Origin: Schmidtea nova
Lineage: Eukaryota
Assembly: GCA_044892505.1 (NCBI GenBank)
Contig: CM097884.1
Location: forward strand, 17,856,001 to 17,920,000
Direction of reading: 5' to 3'
DNA: 64,000 nt
Below, piece after piece: positions 22,715 to 36,600 of this stretch (its first letter is position 1; every line of letters begins with the position of its first letter). A program made the position numbers and the translations under genes. The notes below the pieces were generated by a model, which saw only the letters and a list, made by a program, of their open reading frames with translations, made no database searches and was not told the DNA's origin.

Positions 22715-25700
22715 ATGAGTATAAAAAACGTAATGTTGTAAAGAAGGATGTGATTTTTAAGAAGGATGATGACAGAAAGTGGAGTACGATTGAAATAAAT
22801 GAATTTTATGTAGAGATGCTATGGAATTCAGGAGCTTCAATCAGTGTGATGAGTGAGAAATGTTGGAGATTGATTGGCAGTCCAACATTGATGGAAAGCA
22901 GAATACGGTTGAGTGGAGTATTTTCAAAAGAAGACGAGAAACCTCTCGGAAGCGTTAAAATCGTTGCAAAATGGAACAACAAATGTCGAGAATTGAATGT
23001 TATTATTGTTAGAAATATTCATCCAGATTTTATAGGAGGTGTAGACACCATGAGAATATTTGGCATGAAGCTTAAAGAAGTCAATAATATAGATGCATCG
23101 TTAGTTACCCAGAGATTTACAGATTCTGATCGGTTAAAGTTTGCGTTATCGATGCTCAAGTTGGACAAGAATTCGAAGTTGGGTACTTTAATATCTAAGT
23201 TTAGCAACATTTTTATGGCATCCAGATTTGACTTAGGTCATACAAAAAAATAACACATGAAATAACGACTTCAGGTCCTCCAATTTTACAAAATCCAAGA
23301 AGACATTCCATGCATTTAGAAGTCAAAATTGAAGAGTTAATACATAATTTATTAGAAGCTGGAGTTGTGAGAAAATGTCAGAGTCCGTGGAACACACCGC
23401 TAGTAATAGTCAGAAAACCGGATGGCTCTATAAGAATGTGTCTAGATTTTAGGCTATTAAATTCAGTTACAGAAAAGTTTTCATTCCCGATGCCAGACAT
23501 GCAATTATTATTGGATTGTCTCGGTAAGTCAAAGATATTTTCATCAATTGATTTAGGTCAAGCCTATTATCAGGTAGAGTTGCATGAAAATTCCCAAACC
23601 AAGACGGCATTTAGTACAAAAGAAGGACAATTCTGTTTTAACAGGTTACCATTTGGTTTATCAACAGCTCATGTGACTTTTCAGAAACTGATGCATAAGA
23701 TATTGGAAGGATTAATTTTCAAAGGAGTGGTTGTCTATCTTGATGACATTTTAATATATGCTGAAAATCAGAAAACGCATGATAAACTTCTACTTAAAGT
23801 ATTCACACGCATTAGAGATGCCGGTTTGAAAGTCAATCCCGAGAAATGCGCACTCCATAAAAGCATATTAAATTTCATTGGTCATACAGTGAGTGAAAAG
23901 GGAATTCAAACAAACAAAAGAAAGATTTCAGAAATTGAAAATGCAACTGAACCGAAGAGTGTTACAGAATTGAGGTCATTCTTAGGTTTAACTAATTATT
24001 ATCGGCGGTTTATCAAAAATTATTCAATGATAGCAGCACCTTTGAATGCCGCAACAACAGGAAATGATAAAATTATTGTTTGGACTGAAGAATGTAGAAA
24101 AAGTTTTATCAATTTAAAGAAACTCTTGTGTGAAGCACCAATATTAGAATTTCCAAGGGCAGATCGACTATTTATTCTTGATACGGATGCTAGTTTTGGG
24201 GCCATAGGTGCAGTTTTATCTCAGATTAAGGAAGATGGCACTGAGGGAGCGATAGCGTATGGTTCAAGACATTTGACATCACATGAAATGGGATATTGTG
24301 TTACTAGAAAAGAGTTGTTGGCACTTCACGAGTTTATTGTACATTTCAAGCAATATTTATATGGAAAAAAATTTGTAGCCAGAACGGATCACAAGGCATT
24401 GACGTTTATGAACACGAAAAAGAAACCAATAAACCCGCAGTTTCAGACATGGATGGCAAATTTATCTGAATATGATTTTGAATTAAAATATAGGAAGGGA
24501 GAAGAACATGGAAATGCAGATGGTATGTCTCGTTTAAATAATATCATATGCGCTCATTGTCAGATGAAACACAAGGATGCCAAAGAGACAAAATGTAGAA
24601 CTCGTTACATTAATAGTCTACAAGGAAGTTCAAACATTATGAAAATTATTAAACAGCAGCAAAACGAAGAAAACATTATTTCAGAAATCATATCACATTT
24701 TAATGGAAATGAGGATCATATATCTTATGAAACAATCAGTAGCAGTATTTTCAAGTATCTAAAAATATTACAGATACAAGATGACGTATTGATGATTAAT
24801 GCAGACGGAAAACTTGCAGTTGTAGTACCTGACAAGTACGTAAAAACATTGGTAAATTATTTTGATATTGAACTGTGTCATCTGGGTATCAAGAAAACCT
24901 TATTTTATTTAAAAGACTTTTTCTTTTGGCCATCAATGAATCAGAGTATAACTGAATGTATTAATAAATGCAACATTTGTGCTAGTAGAAAGATTGATCA
25001 AGGAAGAACAAAAGAAATTTTATTTCCAATAACAGGAGAGCGGTTTTTAAAACAGATAGTAGTGGATATTGCATATATGGAGACAAAAGCAAGTAAGAAA
25101 TATATGATAGTGATAATAGATCGTTTTAGTAAATTGGTCAGCAACAAAAAACGCAGGATGAATCAACAATTTTGAATGTCACTTTAAATAATTGGATATA
25201 TCGTTTTGGTAGACCAGAAAGCATTCTTACAGATAGAGGAAGAATTTTTAAAGGATCAATGTTTCGTGATTGGATGGAGAAATTTGGTATAAAACAAGAA
25301 TTCAGTTCACCATATCAACATCGATCAAATGGTTTAGCAGAACGAATCATAAGAACAGTTCGGGACATGATGGCAACATCATTGACAGAGATTAGAACAG
25401 AGAATAATTGGTGCAGATTGTTACCAAAGATTGAATTTAGTTTGAATGCTACAACACAAAACTCAACAAATTTCTCACCTTTTGAAATTGTACATAGTCG
25501 GAAGATTAATTTATATTCTAGATTAGGACATAAAAAAGCAAAGACGAAATTGTGGATAAAACAAAAACTAATCTAGAGAAAGCAGCTACAACAATGCAAA
25601 ATAGAGATTAAGAACACCGGGGTACTCGAGTATTCACAGTCGGAGAGAAAGTATTAGTTCGCTTGGAACCACATAGACGAAAGAAGGAGGGAATCTAATA

Positions 25701-25810
25701 TGAAGGACCTAACAAAATTTTAAAATTCTTATCACTAAGACAAGTTGAATTACAATTTCTAAACTCAATCAAATCAAGAAGAATTGAATGGCTGAAGAGA
25801 TTCAAAGAAA
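22660..25810 (+). pseudogene. pol: Pol (protease, RT, RNase H, integrase), several frameshifts
   Basis: LWNSGA (catalytic Asp replaced by Asn); YLDD; LDTDAS; integrase H/C-C and ILTDRG...NGLAER. Confidence 0.93.
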
Positions 25811-25824
25811 ATGAAGAGGAGGAG

Positions 25825-25934
25825 AGTGATGTTCAATAATTACCTTTGTTTAAATAATATCAAGTGGCACTGTTTTAAAAATATATATTTTAATTTGTTA
25901 AATTGTTAGTATGCATTATAAAGAGATTGTAACT
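25825..25934 (+). repeat. 3' LTR
   Basis: Preceded by the polypurine tract and followed by TSD GGTAA. Confidence 0.93.
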
Positions 25935-27695
25935 GGTAACAACGCTTACTTTTTGCGAGACGTTTCGTCCAATAGTTGCATTACTGACGTTGCTTGCGAC
26001 GGGTAACTACTGGTTAAAACAACAGCTGTTGAGGTTCCCAGAATCTCAACTTGGTATCTTATATAAATAAATAAGATAACACTGGTTCAAAGAATTTATT
26101 CAAATACAACAAATACAAATTACCTAAAAATATTATAGATTCACAATGTTGTTCCTATAATGTGTAAATATATATGTATGCGTGTGTATGTGTGAATGCC
26201 TTCTGAGCTCGATATCTTGTATGCTCGAAATTATTATTTCAATAGTCGATAACAACTATGAAATTCTTCTTACGCAAAGATTTTATGGGTGATTTGACTG
26301 AAAAATCAGTCAGTTTATATACTAAATTTTAAGGCACTTAATCTGTCAATAATGATTGTTATTTTGCCTCTTGAGTTGATTGAAATTGTTTTTGAAAATA
26401 GAGTTTTTTTCAAAACAGAATTGTTTTCAAAATTATTTTTTAACCTTGAGATATTATTTCATTTTTCTGACCTTGTAGGTCATAAATATAATTTATTTAA
26501 ACAAACAGTAATTTATTTATTTTTAATTTATTTAAACAATCTGTATTATTTATTTATTTTATTATTATTATTTATTGAATTAAAATATTAAAATATAAAT
26601 GAAAATATAATCCATTTTCCAAATAGTTAAAAAATTAATTTACATAAAATATTTACAAACACAAAATATTCTTTCAAATTTATATAAAATTTTTTCCATC
26701 ACCATAAAAAATATCAATACATGTTCACAATATCACAAATGATAAATTGTCAAATTATAAATTGTCATGCTGATAAATTGTCATTATAAAAATTAATTGT
26801 CAACAATATTTTATTAACAGAAACAAAATAAAATTATCCCATAAAAATAAAAATTGCCAGATAGTCACAGCTTAATCACATAATTTTCATCATCATAAAA
26901 CAAAAGTCAAATGAGATCAACAGTAAAATATCATCATATAAAATCACTAAAATGATAATGTCGTTGAAGTTGATATTTTCCATTGATTATTGAATTGTCA
27001 TTGCCATCTGATCCACATGTATATTTATCCTGTACATTCCATTTTCTACTGTATAATATTTTAATTTTAAAACCCTTATTCTACGCCCATCTTCTAACAC
27101 AGCTATTTAGTTACCATAAAATTAAATCTTGCTATGGTCCCAATATTTAGATATTCTATGGAGCTAGTCGTCGAAAATATTATGTTTTAAGGAATCTGTC
27201 GCTTAAAGTGTACAAGGCGAGGAGTATAGAGAATGAAAAGTAAAGAAATAAGTAGCTAAGATTTGTGACCAGTTTGGCATGAGTTCATTATCAGCTATCT
27301 TCTATTGACATAAGCGAACCCGTTGTAGATAATTAGCTGTCATGGTAACATAACTCACCTGTCCACTGATTCCAAAAGTCGTAATGTAAATTGTCTTCGG
27401 AAAGTCATTGGTACATGTACGAAGGAGTATTGTTCGTGAAGCACTTATTTGTGAAATCCTTTCATATGACCTAGACCAAAATATGTATGATCAAAACTTT
27501 TTATACATACGAGAATAGCAGTGAATTTAAAACATTTTAATTTTCCTTATATTGAATCGATTTTTTATGAAAGTCTTTTGGCTGATTACCCGAAATTTAT
27601 TTTCAAATCCAGGAAGTTTATACTAACTTACTTAATCTTTTTACATTATAAATTTCCTGTTACCATAAATTTTGAAAGCAAACGAGTTTATTTAA

Positions 27696-30003
27696 CCCTA
27701 AAGCTCTTAACATGAGACTGAGGGTCTCTTTTTTTCAATTCATATAAATTTCTGCTTTTAAATCTGTTTTTACACTTGATACTTTTATCAATTCTTAAGT
27801 AACCGCCAATTTTAAAAGAAAACCCGAAAAAATATTTATAGCAGGATAATCCCGTTACTTATTTGAGTTTAATTTTTATTACGTAAATTCTTACACAGAG
27901 ACTACAAATCTCTTTGCTTATTTTGTGTTGCATTATTACAGAAAACGTATTTATTTTGCATTTGAAATAAATATTATGTGCAGTGTGTGATAAAAAAATT
28001 TAAAAAATTAGTATAATAAATAAAAAATTAGTATTCTATCTATTACGTTTGTTTTTCTGTTATCATAGTGGTAAGTGAATATATTTTTATATCATATTTG
28101 TTTTATTACCATATATTTATATTATAGAAAATGTCAAATAAACCGTTATCAACGGCTGAAATGATAAAAACTTTAGAAGAAAGTGAAGAAGAAGAAAGTA
28201 TTGCTGAAGAGCCATATTTGAATTTTCAAAGTGATTCCGAAGATGAAATAATTTCCGAAGCTTCTGAAGTTGAGGATAAAATAGAGGGTATAGATAATGA
28301 AGCAGAAATACCAGTTCCTGCAGTAAATCTTGTTAGACGAGATGGTACAATATGGAATAGGGTACCATCTGCTCAATCAAGAACAGGACGTCACAATATA
28401 GTAAGAGAAGCTGTAGACAAGATAACACTGCCACCCGGATATGAAGTTGTCGATTTTCTTGATTGTTTTAAATTATTTATAAATAATTCAATTCAAAATT
28501 ATTATGAAGCATACAAACGAGGAAGGTGAAAATAAAAAATGGCAGAACACGGGTGAAGATGAGCTATATGCATTTTTTGGACTTTTGATTACAGCAAGTC
28601 ATTTAAAATGGAATGCAAAAAATTATAGAAGCTTCTGGGACTCGTTCTATGGATCTCCAATTTTTAAGGCCACAATTGGACTTACACGCCTTGAGAATAT
28701 ATTAAGATTCTTACGTTTTGTTGACAAAAATACAAGAAGTGAAAGGCGTAAGGCAGATAAGCTGTGTCCCATTCGTGATGTATGGGAAATGATAAACAAA
28801 AGTCTAGGAAAGTGTTACATGTCGTGAGAAAATTTGACAGTAGATGAGCAATTGACACCTTGCAGATCTCGATGTTCATTGTTTCAGTATATGCATAGTA
28901 AGCCATTTAAGTATGGCATAAAAATTTGATGTATTTGTGATTCTAAAACTGCACATCCACTTATGGACATACCATACACGAGCAAAGAAGGTAATACTAG
29001 AGCTATTGGTTTAGCGCGAAATGTTGTTGAACGCTTATGTACACCATTTTTTGGAACCAATAGAAATATAACTATGGATAACTACTTTACCAGTATTTTA
29101 CTTTACCAACTAGTAGAAAGCTTATTATCGAATGGTTTGACGTTAGTGGGAACTTCGAGAAAAAATAAAAGTTGCATTCCTATCGATTTGTTACCAAATA
29201 AAATCAGAGAAGCAAGATCAACATTATTTGATTTCAAAAAAAATTACCATAGCATCGCATGCCCCTAAGCCCAAGAAAGCAGTTAATCTTTTATCTATAA
29301 TGTTGAGAAACCAATATCATCCATAAACTTATATTACAATGAAATTAAGTCTGGCGTTGACACTTTAGATCAAATGGTTTACGAATATATGATAAAAAGA
29401 CAAACCGTTGGACTTTTGCCTTTGTTATGAATCTTATTGATGTAGTCAACAACGCAGTGTACATTATTTGGTGCAAAAAATTTCCTTATTGGAATTCAAA
29501 CAAATCAAACAAAAGAAATTTATTTCTCAGAGGTCTTGGCGAGGAACTTGTTGCTCCACTGTTAAAAAAACTTCAAATCGTGTCACGTATAGCAGCATCA
29601 AAAGTATTATAGCATGTACAAACTATAGACGGAAAAGTTGGCGGATCCAGTTTTTCAAATATATCTTCACCAACAAAACGTAGGAGAGTCCTTGAGGAAG
29701 ATGTAAATATACCAAATAAGCGTCGCAGACGCCATGTGCCTATACTCGAAAGCAAAGATGCAAAAAGAATCTATATAATGACCATTCCACATCGATCCGT
29801 GAATGTTTTACATGGATGAATAAATGAATTTTATTTTAAAAACTACACATAAAAATCACAAAATATATTTTTATAATTTGATAAATAAATTTGTCAAAAA
29901 AATTTAATTAATTATTTTTTTTCATCAAAAACTAATATTTACATACACAGACTGCAAAGCTCTTCTTAAGAAGTTATGTTAAAAAATGTTAAGAGGGTTA
30001 GGG
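27696..30003 (+). mobile_element. Full-length defective piggyBac transposon
   Basis: TTAA TSDs (27692-27695, 30004-30007); TIR CCCTAANNCTCTTAACAT. Transposase fragments 28131 to about 29790 contain VDEQL, SKPFKYGIK, MDNYFTSI and SGVDTLDQM. Confidence 0.93.
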
Positions 30004-30675
30004 TTAATGTTTTTAATTTATTTCGTAAAATTAATCACTTCATAAAATTTCATTTTATACAAGTTTGAACATTAAATAATATTAACTTTTTTAATTCGGT
30101 TAATATATATTTTTAAGTCTCGTAACACACACATACACACACAGTAATTGTAACTTGTGAATGGCGGTCTGCTAATTAACCGTTGAAGAGAATAACCTCA
30201 ACAGGTTGTGAATTATTCAAAGCATTCATGGTAGTTAGTTGTATTTTGGGATGAGAATTACGGATTAACAGGTATTTTTACTACTCGATAATGTCAGAGT
30301 GACAAAAAAGAATGACGAATTGACCTAAATAAACTGTGTACACTCACACACATCAGTATAATTTAGGATTTGCATTTTCTATATACAAAACAAGACAGTT
30401 TATTTAAATAATTGTTTCAAAACATTATAAACCAAACAAATCACCATTCTGTATAAAACACGGAATGTTTATCAAAATAACTTCAGAATAACTGCAATAA
30501 ATTATTATTAGGATATATGTGAATTTTTATCAAATGGGGTTCCGAAAATATTGTTCAATCTCAATTAAAATAAAAAGTGATAAAGTCTTATATACATGGC
30601 TTTGTGATGAGACCACTTGAATCTTTCTGATCAGTTACATTACGTGATATCATATATACATATACATAACAATAC

Positions 30676-33600
30676 TCAATTTGAATCACAATTGTTTCTA
30701 GAATTATTATAATCATTAGGACTGTTTTCATTCATGTTTTCTGGGAAAATAATAGAATTAGGTTCAAAAACTTGTTGATTATACTGCTTATGATCTCCTG
30801 ACAGTAATAATGACAAAGCAGAACTGTTTTCTTTTTTCAATTTTAAAAATAAATTATGACCATCTTTATCTGCTGACAAATTCGAAGCATTTATTATGAC
30901 ACGAGAATTATCGAGATGTGTTGGATTCAATTTTGATTTCGAAATGTTAAAATTATTAATATCCGATGTGCTAGTTTGCGTATTTCCAGAAATATTTATA
31001 GAATAGGATTTTTCTATCGTTGATATTTGACTATTTTCTTCAGTTGCAGAATCAAAAATATCTTCTTTCATAGCATTATCGGAAGAATAAACATCCATAA
31101 ATTTACTATTCATATCGGGATTTATTATGTGCAGGGTAGGTTTTGATTTTTTTGAATAAATTTCTTTCATTCTATTTATTTCATCAACTAACACTTTATT
31201 TTGCTGTTCCAGGTTTGCAACTCTGTTTTCCAAACACTTAACATATTCTTTCTTTTTCCGCCGACATTCTCTAGCTGCCTCTCTAGAAAATGTATTAAGA
31301 ATTTCAATAAATTTCTGTGTGATCATTTAAATTATTATTATTAATTGATACAGTGGAATAATTACAAATTTATTTCAAACATCGCAATATATCCTGGATT
31401 TGCTTATAATGACTAACTAGTTTACACTCTTTTTTTAACTCTTTCTTTTAACTTCCAATTTCTGTTTGTTTTCTTGTCAAACTTTGGATCGATTTTTAAC
31501 CCACTTCCCGATATCCAATCGATCTGAAAATTTGCGAGCACACTCGTGGTGGCCCACAAATTATTCCATTGAAAAATTGAAAAATTTTGAAACAATGTGA
31601 TTTTTCAATTTACTTTTGCCAAGAAACTACCGAACAATGAAACGACAATAAAATTAACCGAGAACATGAGAAAAAGAAAGAGTTACATTAAAAACTTGTT
31701 TTTATGGGTTCCTTTTTTCAATGAATAAAAACATTTGAAATGTTTTACCCACTTGTTCATTTATTTTGTTATTTTTTTTAATTTCTAATGTTTTAAAATA
31801 TATATTATATGAAATTTTGTTATTTTAAATAATTTTATGTAATTTAAGATGCAGTTTTAAAATTCAAAATATATTTTAGAATTTTGACTTGGATTTTTTA
31901 TTTAAAATACTGAATACTGCAATTCCTATATCGTATGTACAAAATCAAAGGCTCGTATTTTTCTGGTCAGAATTTTAATATGGTTATGGTCAGAATTTTA
32001 ATATGGTTATGGTTAGAATTTATATTACATTGGTCAGAATTTATATTAAATGGTCAGAATTTATATTAAATGGTCAGAATTTAAATTGGATTGGTCAGAA
32101 ATTATATTAATCAGTATATTAATCAGTTGACTTGGATTTTTTATTTAAAATACTGAATACTGCAATTCCTATATCGTATGTACAAAATCAAAGGCTCGTA
32201 TTTTTCTGGTCAGAATTTTAATATGGTTATGGTCAGAATTTATATTACATTGGTCAGAATTTATATTAAATGGTCAGAATTTATATTAATCAGTATATTA
32301 ATCAGTTGACTTGGATTTTTTATTTAAATACTGAATACTGCAATTCCTATAGCGTACGTACAAAATCAAAGGCTCGTATTTTTCTGGTCAGAATTTTAAT
32401 ATGGTTATGGTCAGAATTTATATTACATTGGTCAGAATTTATATTAAATGGTCAGAATTTATATTAATCAGTATATTAATCAGTTGACTTGGATTTTTTA
32501 TTTAAAATACTGAATACTGCAATTCCTATAGCGTACGTACAAAATCAAAGGCTCGTATTTTTCTGGTCAGAATTTTAATATGGTTATGGTCAGAATTTTA
32601 ATATGGTTATGGTTAGAATTTATATTACATTGGTCAGAATTTATATTAAATGGTCAGAATTTATATTAAATGGTCAGAATTTAAATTGGATTGGTCAGAA
32701 ATTATATTAATCAGTATATTAATCAGTTGACTTGGATTTTTTATTTAAAATACTGAATACTGCAATTCCTATATCGTATGTACAAAATCAAAGGCTCGTA
32801 TTTTTCTGGTCAGAATTTTAATATGGTTATGGTCAGAATTTATATTACATTGGTCAGAATTTATATTAAATGGTCAGAATTTATATTAATCAGTATATTA
32901 ATCAGTTGACTTGGATTTTTTATTTAAATACTGAATACTGCAATTCCTATAGCGTACGTACAAAATCAAAGGCTCGTATTTTTCTGGTCAGAATTTTAAT
33001 ATGGTTATGGTCAGAATTTATATTACATTGGTCAGAATTTATATTAAATGGTCAGAATTTATATTAATCAGTATATTAATCAGTTGACTTGGATTTTTTA
33101 TTTAAAATACTGAATACTGCAATTCCTATAGCGTACGTACAAAATCAAAGGCTCGTATTTTTCTGGTCAGAATTTTAATATGGTTATGGTCAGAATTTTA
33201 ATATGGTTATGGTTAGAATTTATATTACATTGGTCAGAATTTATATTAAATGGTCAGAATTTATATTAAATGGTCAGAATTTAAATTGGATTGGTCAGAA
33301 ATTATATTAATCAGTATATTAATCAGTTGACTTGGATTTTTTATTTAAAATACTGAATACTGCAATTCCTATATCGTATGTACAAAATCAAAGGCTCGTA
33401 TTTTTCTGGTCAGAATTTTAATATGGTTATGGTCAGAATTTATATTACATTGGTCAGAATTTATATTAAATGGTCAGAATTTATATTAATCAGTATATTA
33501 ATCAGTTGACTTGGATTTTTTATTTAAATACTGAATACTGCAATTCCTATAGCGTACGTACAAAATCAAAGGCTCGTATTTTTCTGGTCAGAATTTTAAT

Positions 33601-36600
33601 ATGGTTATGGTCAGAATTTATATTACATTGGTCAGAATTTATATTAAATGGTCAGAATTTATATTAATCAGTATATTAATCAGTTGACTTGGATTTTTTA
33701 TTTAAAATACTGAATACTGCAATTCCTATAGCGTACGTACAAAATCAAAGGCTCGTATTTTTCTGGTCAGAATTTTAATATGGTTATGGTCAGAATTTTA
33801 ATATGGTTATGGTTAGAATTTATATTACATTGGTCAGAATTTATATTAAATGGTCAGAATTTATATTAAATGGTCAGAATTTAAATTGGATTGGTCAGAA
33901 ATTATATTAATCAGTATATTAATCAGTTGACTTGGATTTTTTATTTAAAATACTGAATACTGCAATTCCTATATCGTATGTACAAAATCAAAGGCTCGTA
34001 TTTTTCTGGTCAGAATTTTAATATGGTTATGGTCAGAATTTTAATATGGTTATGGTTAGAATTTATATTACATTGGTCAGAATTTATATTAAATGGTCAG
34101 AATTTATATTAAATGGTCAGAATTTAAATTGGATTGGTCAGAAATTATATTAATCAGTATATTAATCAGTTGACTTGGATTTTTTATTTAAAATACTGAA
34201 TACTGCAATTCCTATATCGTATGTACAAAATCAAAGGCTCGTATTTTTCTGGTCAGAATTTTAATATGGTTATGGTCAGAATTTATATTACATTGGTCAG
34301 AATTTATATTAAATGGTCAGAATTTATATTAATCAGTATATTAATCAGTTGACTTGGATTTTTTATTTAAAAAACTGAATACTGCAATTCCTATAGCGTA
34401 TGTACAAAATCAAAGGCTCGTATTTTTCTGGTCAGAATTTTAATATGGTTATGGTCAGAATTTTAATATGGTTATGGTTAGAATTTATATTACATTGGTC
34501 AGAATTTATATTAAATGGTCAGAATTTATATTAAATGGTCAGAATTTAAATTGGATTGGTCAGAAATTATATTAATCAGTATATTAATCAGTTGACTTGG
34601 ATTTTTTATTTAAAATACTGAATACTGCAATTCCTATATCGTATGTACAAAATCAAAGGCTCGTATTTTTCTGGTCAGAATTTTAATATGGTTATGGTTA
34701 GAATTTATATTAAATGGTCAGAATTTAAATTGGATTGGTCAGAAATTATATTAATCGGTAAAAATCGGTTGACCATCGGTGTTATCGTATGAGATTGGTA
34801 CGACTGTTCGACTGCAGCGCCAGCATCTGTCATTGCCATCTTGACAGTTCCGACCTGCCGACGCTGAATCAACAGCCATTGTAACAACACCAACTACAGA
34901 CCTTATTGTGGTAAATTAAGAAATGTGTTCATATGAATTTTATTTTCAATATTTTATTGATTAATTTTAGCTTCTACCCTATTATGATGGAAAACGCTGT
35001 CAAATTATATGTATCCAGTGATGAATCTAATGATGAATTCAATGATAAAACAGGCTTGAGTACAACCAGAAGAAATAAGAGAACTCGTAGCTGGTATATG
35101 AGCAACACATGATACAAAGGAAGAGGCAGTTAATGCAGTAAAAGCTGAAACAATATGGAGTTACCATTACAAAAGTGTTACCAGTGATGGTAAAAAAGTC
35201 TACTATCGTTGCAATGTTGTTAAAAGAAGATGACAGCAATGCGACGCTGGATTGTACATTTTCTATAGCATCAATAAAACCGATGCAATCATATTTAGAA
35301 CAAATGAAGGACATTCACATGAAGCGTTAGAAGTGAACACGGTGAAGTTAAATGTTGACATTAAAAATAAAATAAAATCATTATTCGATCTAAAAGTAAA
35401 ACCAAAGAAAATAATGGAGATATTGCATGAACAGGGAATTAATTTGAAAAAAACAGCTATCCAATTATTTGACAAAATTAAGGCACGAAACTTACGGTCC
35501 AAGCAAAATTAGTTTAGGTGAACTGGAAAAATGGTGCTTAGAACATTCTACAATACCTGTAAATGATGATACTTCATATGTACAATTTACATATTAAAAT
35601 GTAAAACATTCAATGTTTGAATATTCCAAATATATAAAATATTTATCAAAAAATATATCATTTATTAACAACCATAAAATAAAATTATTAAACATTTTGA
35701 AAAAGTTATTAAACATTTTGATAAACCCTGTATTAATTTCTGTTGTTTTATGTTAGTAGGATCAAAAAAAATACAAATATCCATTTAAAAATAATTTTTC
35801 TTAAGAAGAAAGTTAACTAAATTTTAAAGTTGAATAATTTTTAATAGACTACAAAGTAATTTTGGTCACCTATCTTTTTTTCAATTTCAAATATTTCCAT
35901 TTTTAAGACTAAATCAAATTTTTTGTCATTGGTACACTTTTAAAAGGTAGTGCCCAAAACTCGTAGGCCAAAGAAAATATTTTGATTTAGTCTTAAAATA
36001 AATGAAAATATCTAAAATTCAATAACAGAAATTTGTAATTTTTGATGAAAATTATAACATGAAACTTTATAATTTAAAATATTTAACATAATTTAATAGT
36101 TATAATTTACCTATTTTTCAACAATCTAATTTCTTTACGCTTCCCAAACTCTTCGTTATTCATTAATCCCAATTTGGATTTGTTAGTCAATTTAGAATTA
36201 GGAGAAACTTCTGAACACGATGAATTTGATTTATTAGGCAGATTATTTAAATTGATTGAAAGAGGATTACTACAATTGCTAGAAATTAACTTCGCTAAAG
36301 ATGTAACATTTAAAGATTCAGAATGATTGGAATTAGATGATATAGTATTGTTGACACTGTCTCCACAATTTTGATTATAACCTCCAGCAGCAACGATTAT
36401 TTGCTGAAATTGTGATATAGAACTTAATTTGAATCATTTATTAAAATAGAATGATTGTTATTATAAAACTGCAGCAATCAAGCTTTAACTGTTGATTGTA
36501 AAAATACAACCATGCAAAACTAGTAATAATATTGTGATAAATTAGATCAATTACTATATAGGCTCATTTGAAATTTTTAATTATATTTTAGTTCTATTAA

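Larger units (their letters stand above)
21412..25934 (+). mobile_element. Full-length Ty3/gypsy LTR retrotransposon (defective)
   Basis: Two 110-bp LTRs; 5-bp TSD GGTAA; putative PBS TGGCTACC; PPT GAAGAGGAGGAG; gag then PR-RT-RH-IN order. Confidence 0.96.

Noticed and set aside
25950-26060. CGAAAC on the minus strand as a Penelope-type hammerhead
   Set aside because: No CTGANGA core at a suitable position.
29995-30007. GGGTTAGGGTTA as interstitial telomere
   Set aside because: It is the piggyBac right TIR plus TTAA.
31420-31535. Candidate penultimate CREB exon
   Set aside because: No frame gives the basic region with a valid phase-2 donor; the exon at 36403-36111 does.
31886-34760. Repeated 65-aa ORFs at 32270, 32870 and 33470
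   Set aside because: By-products of the satellite period; no coding signature.
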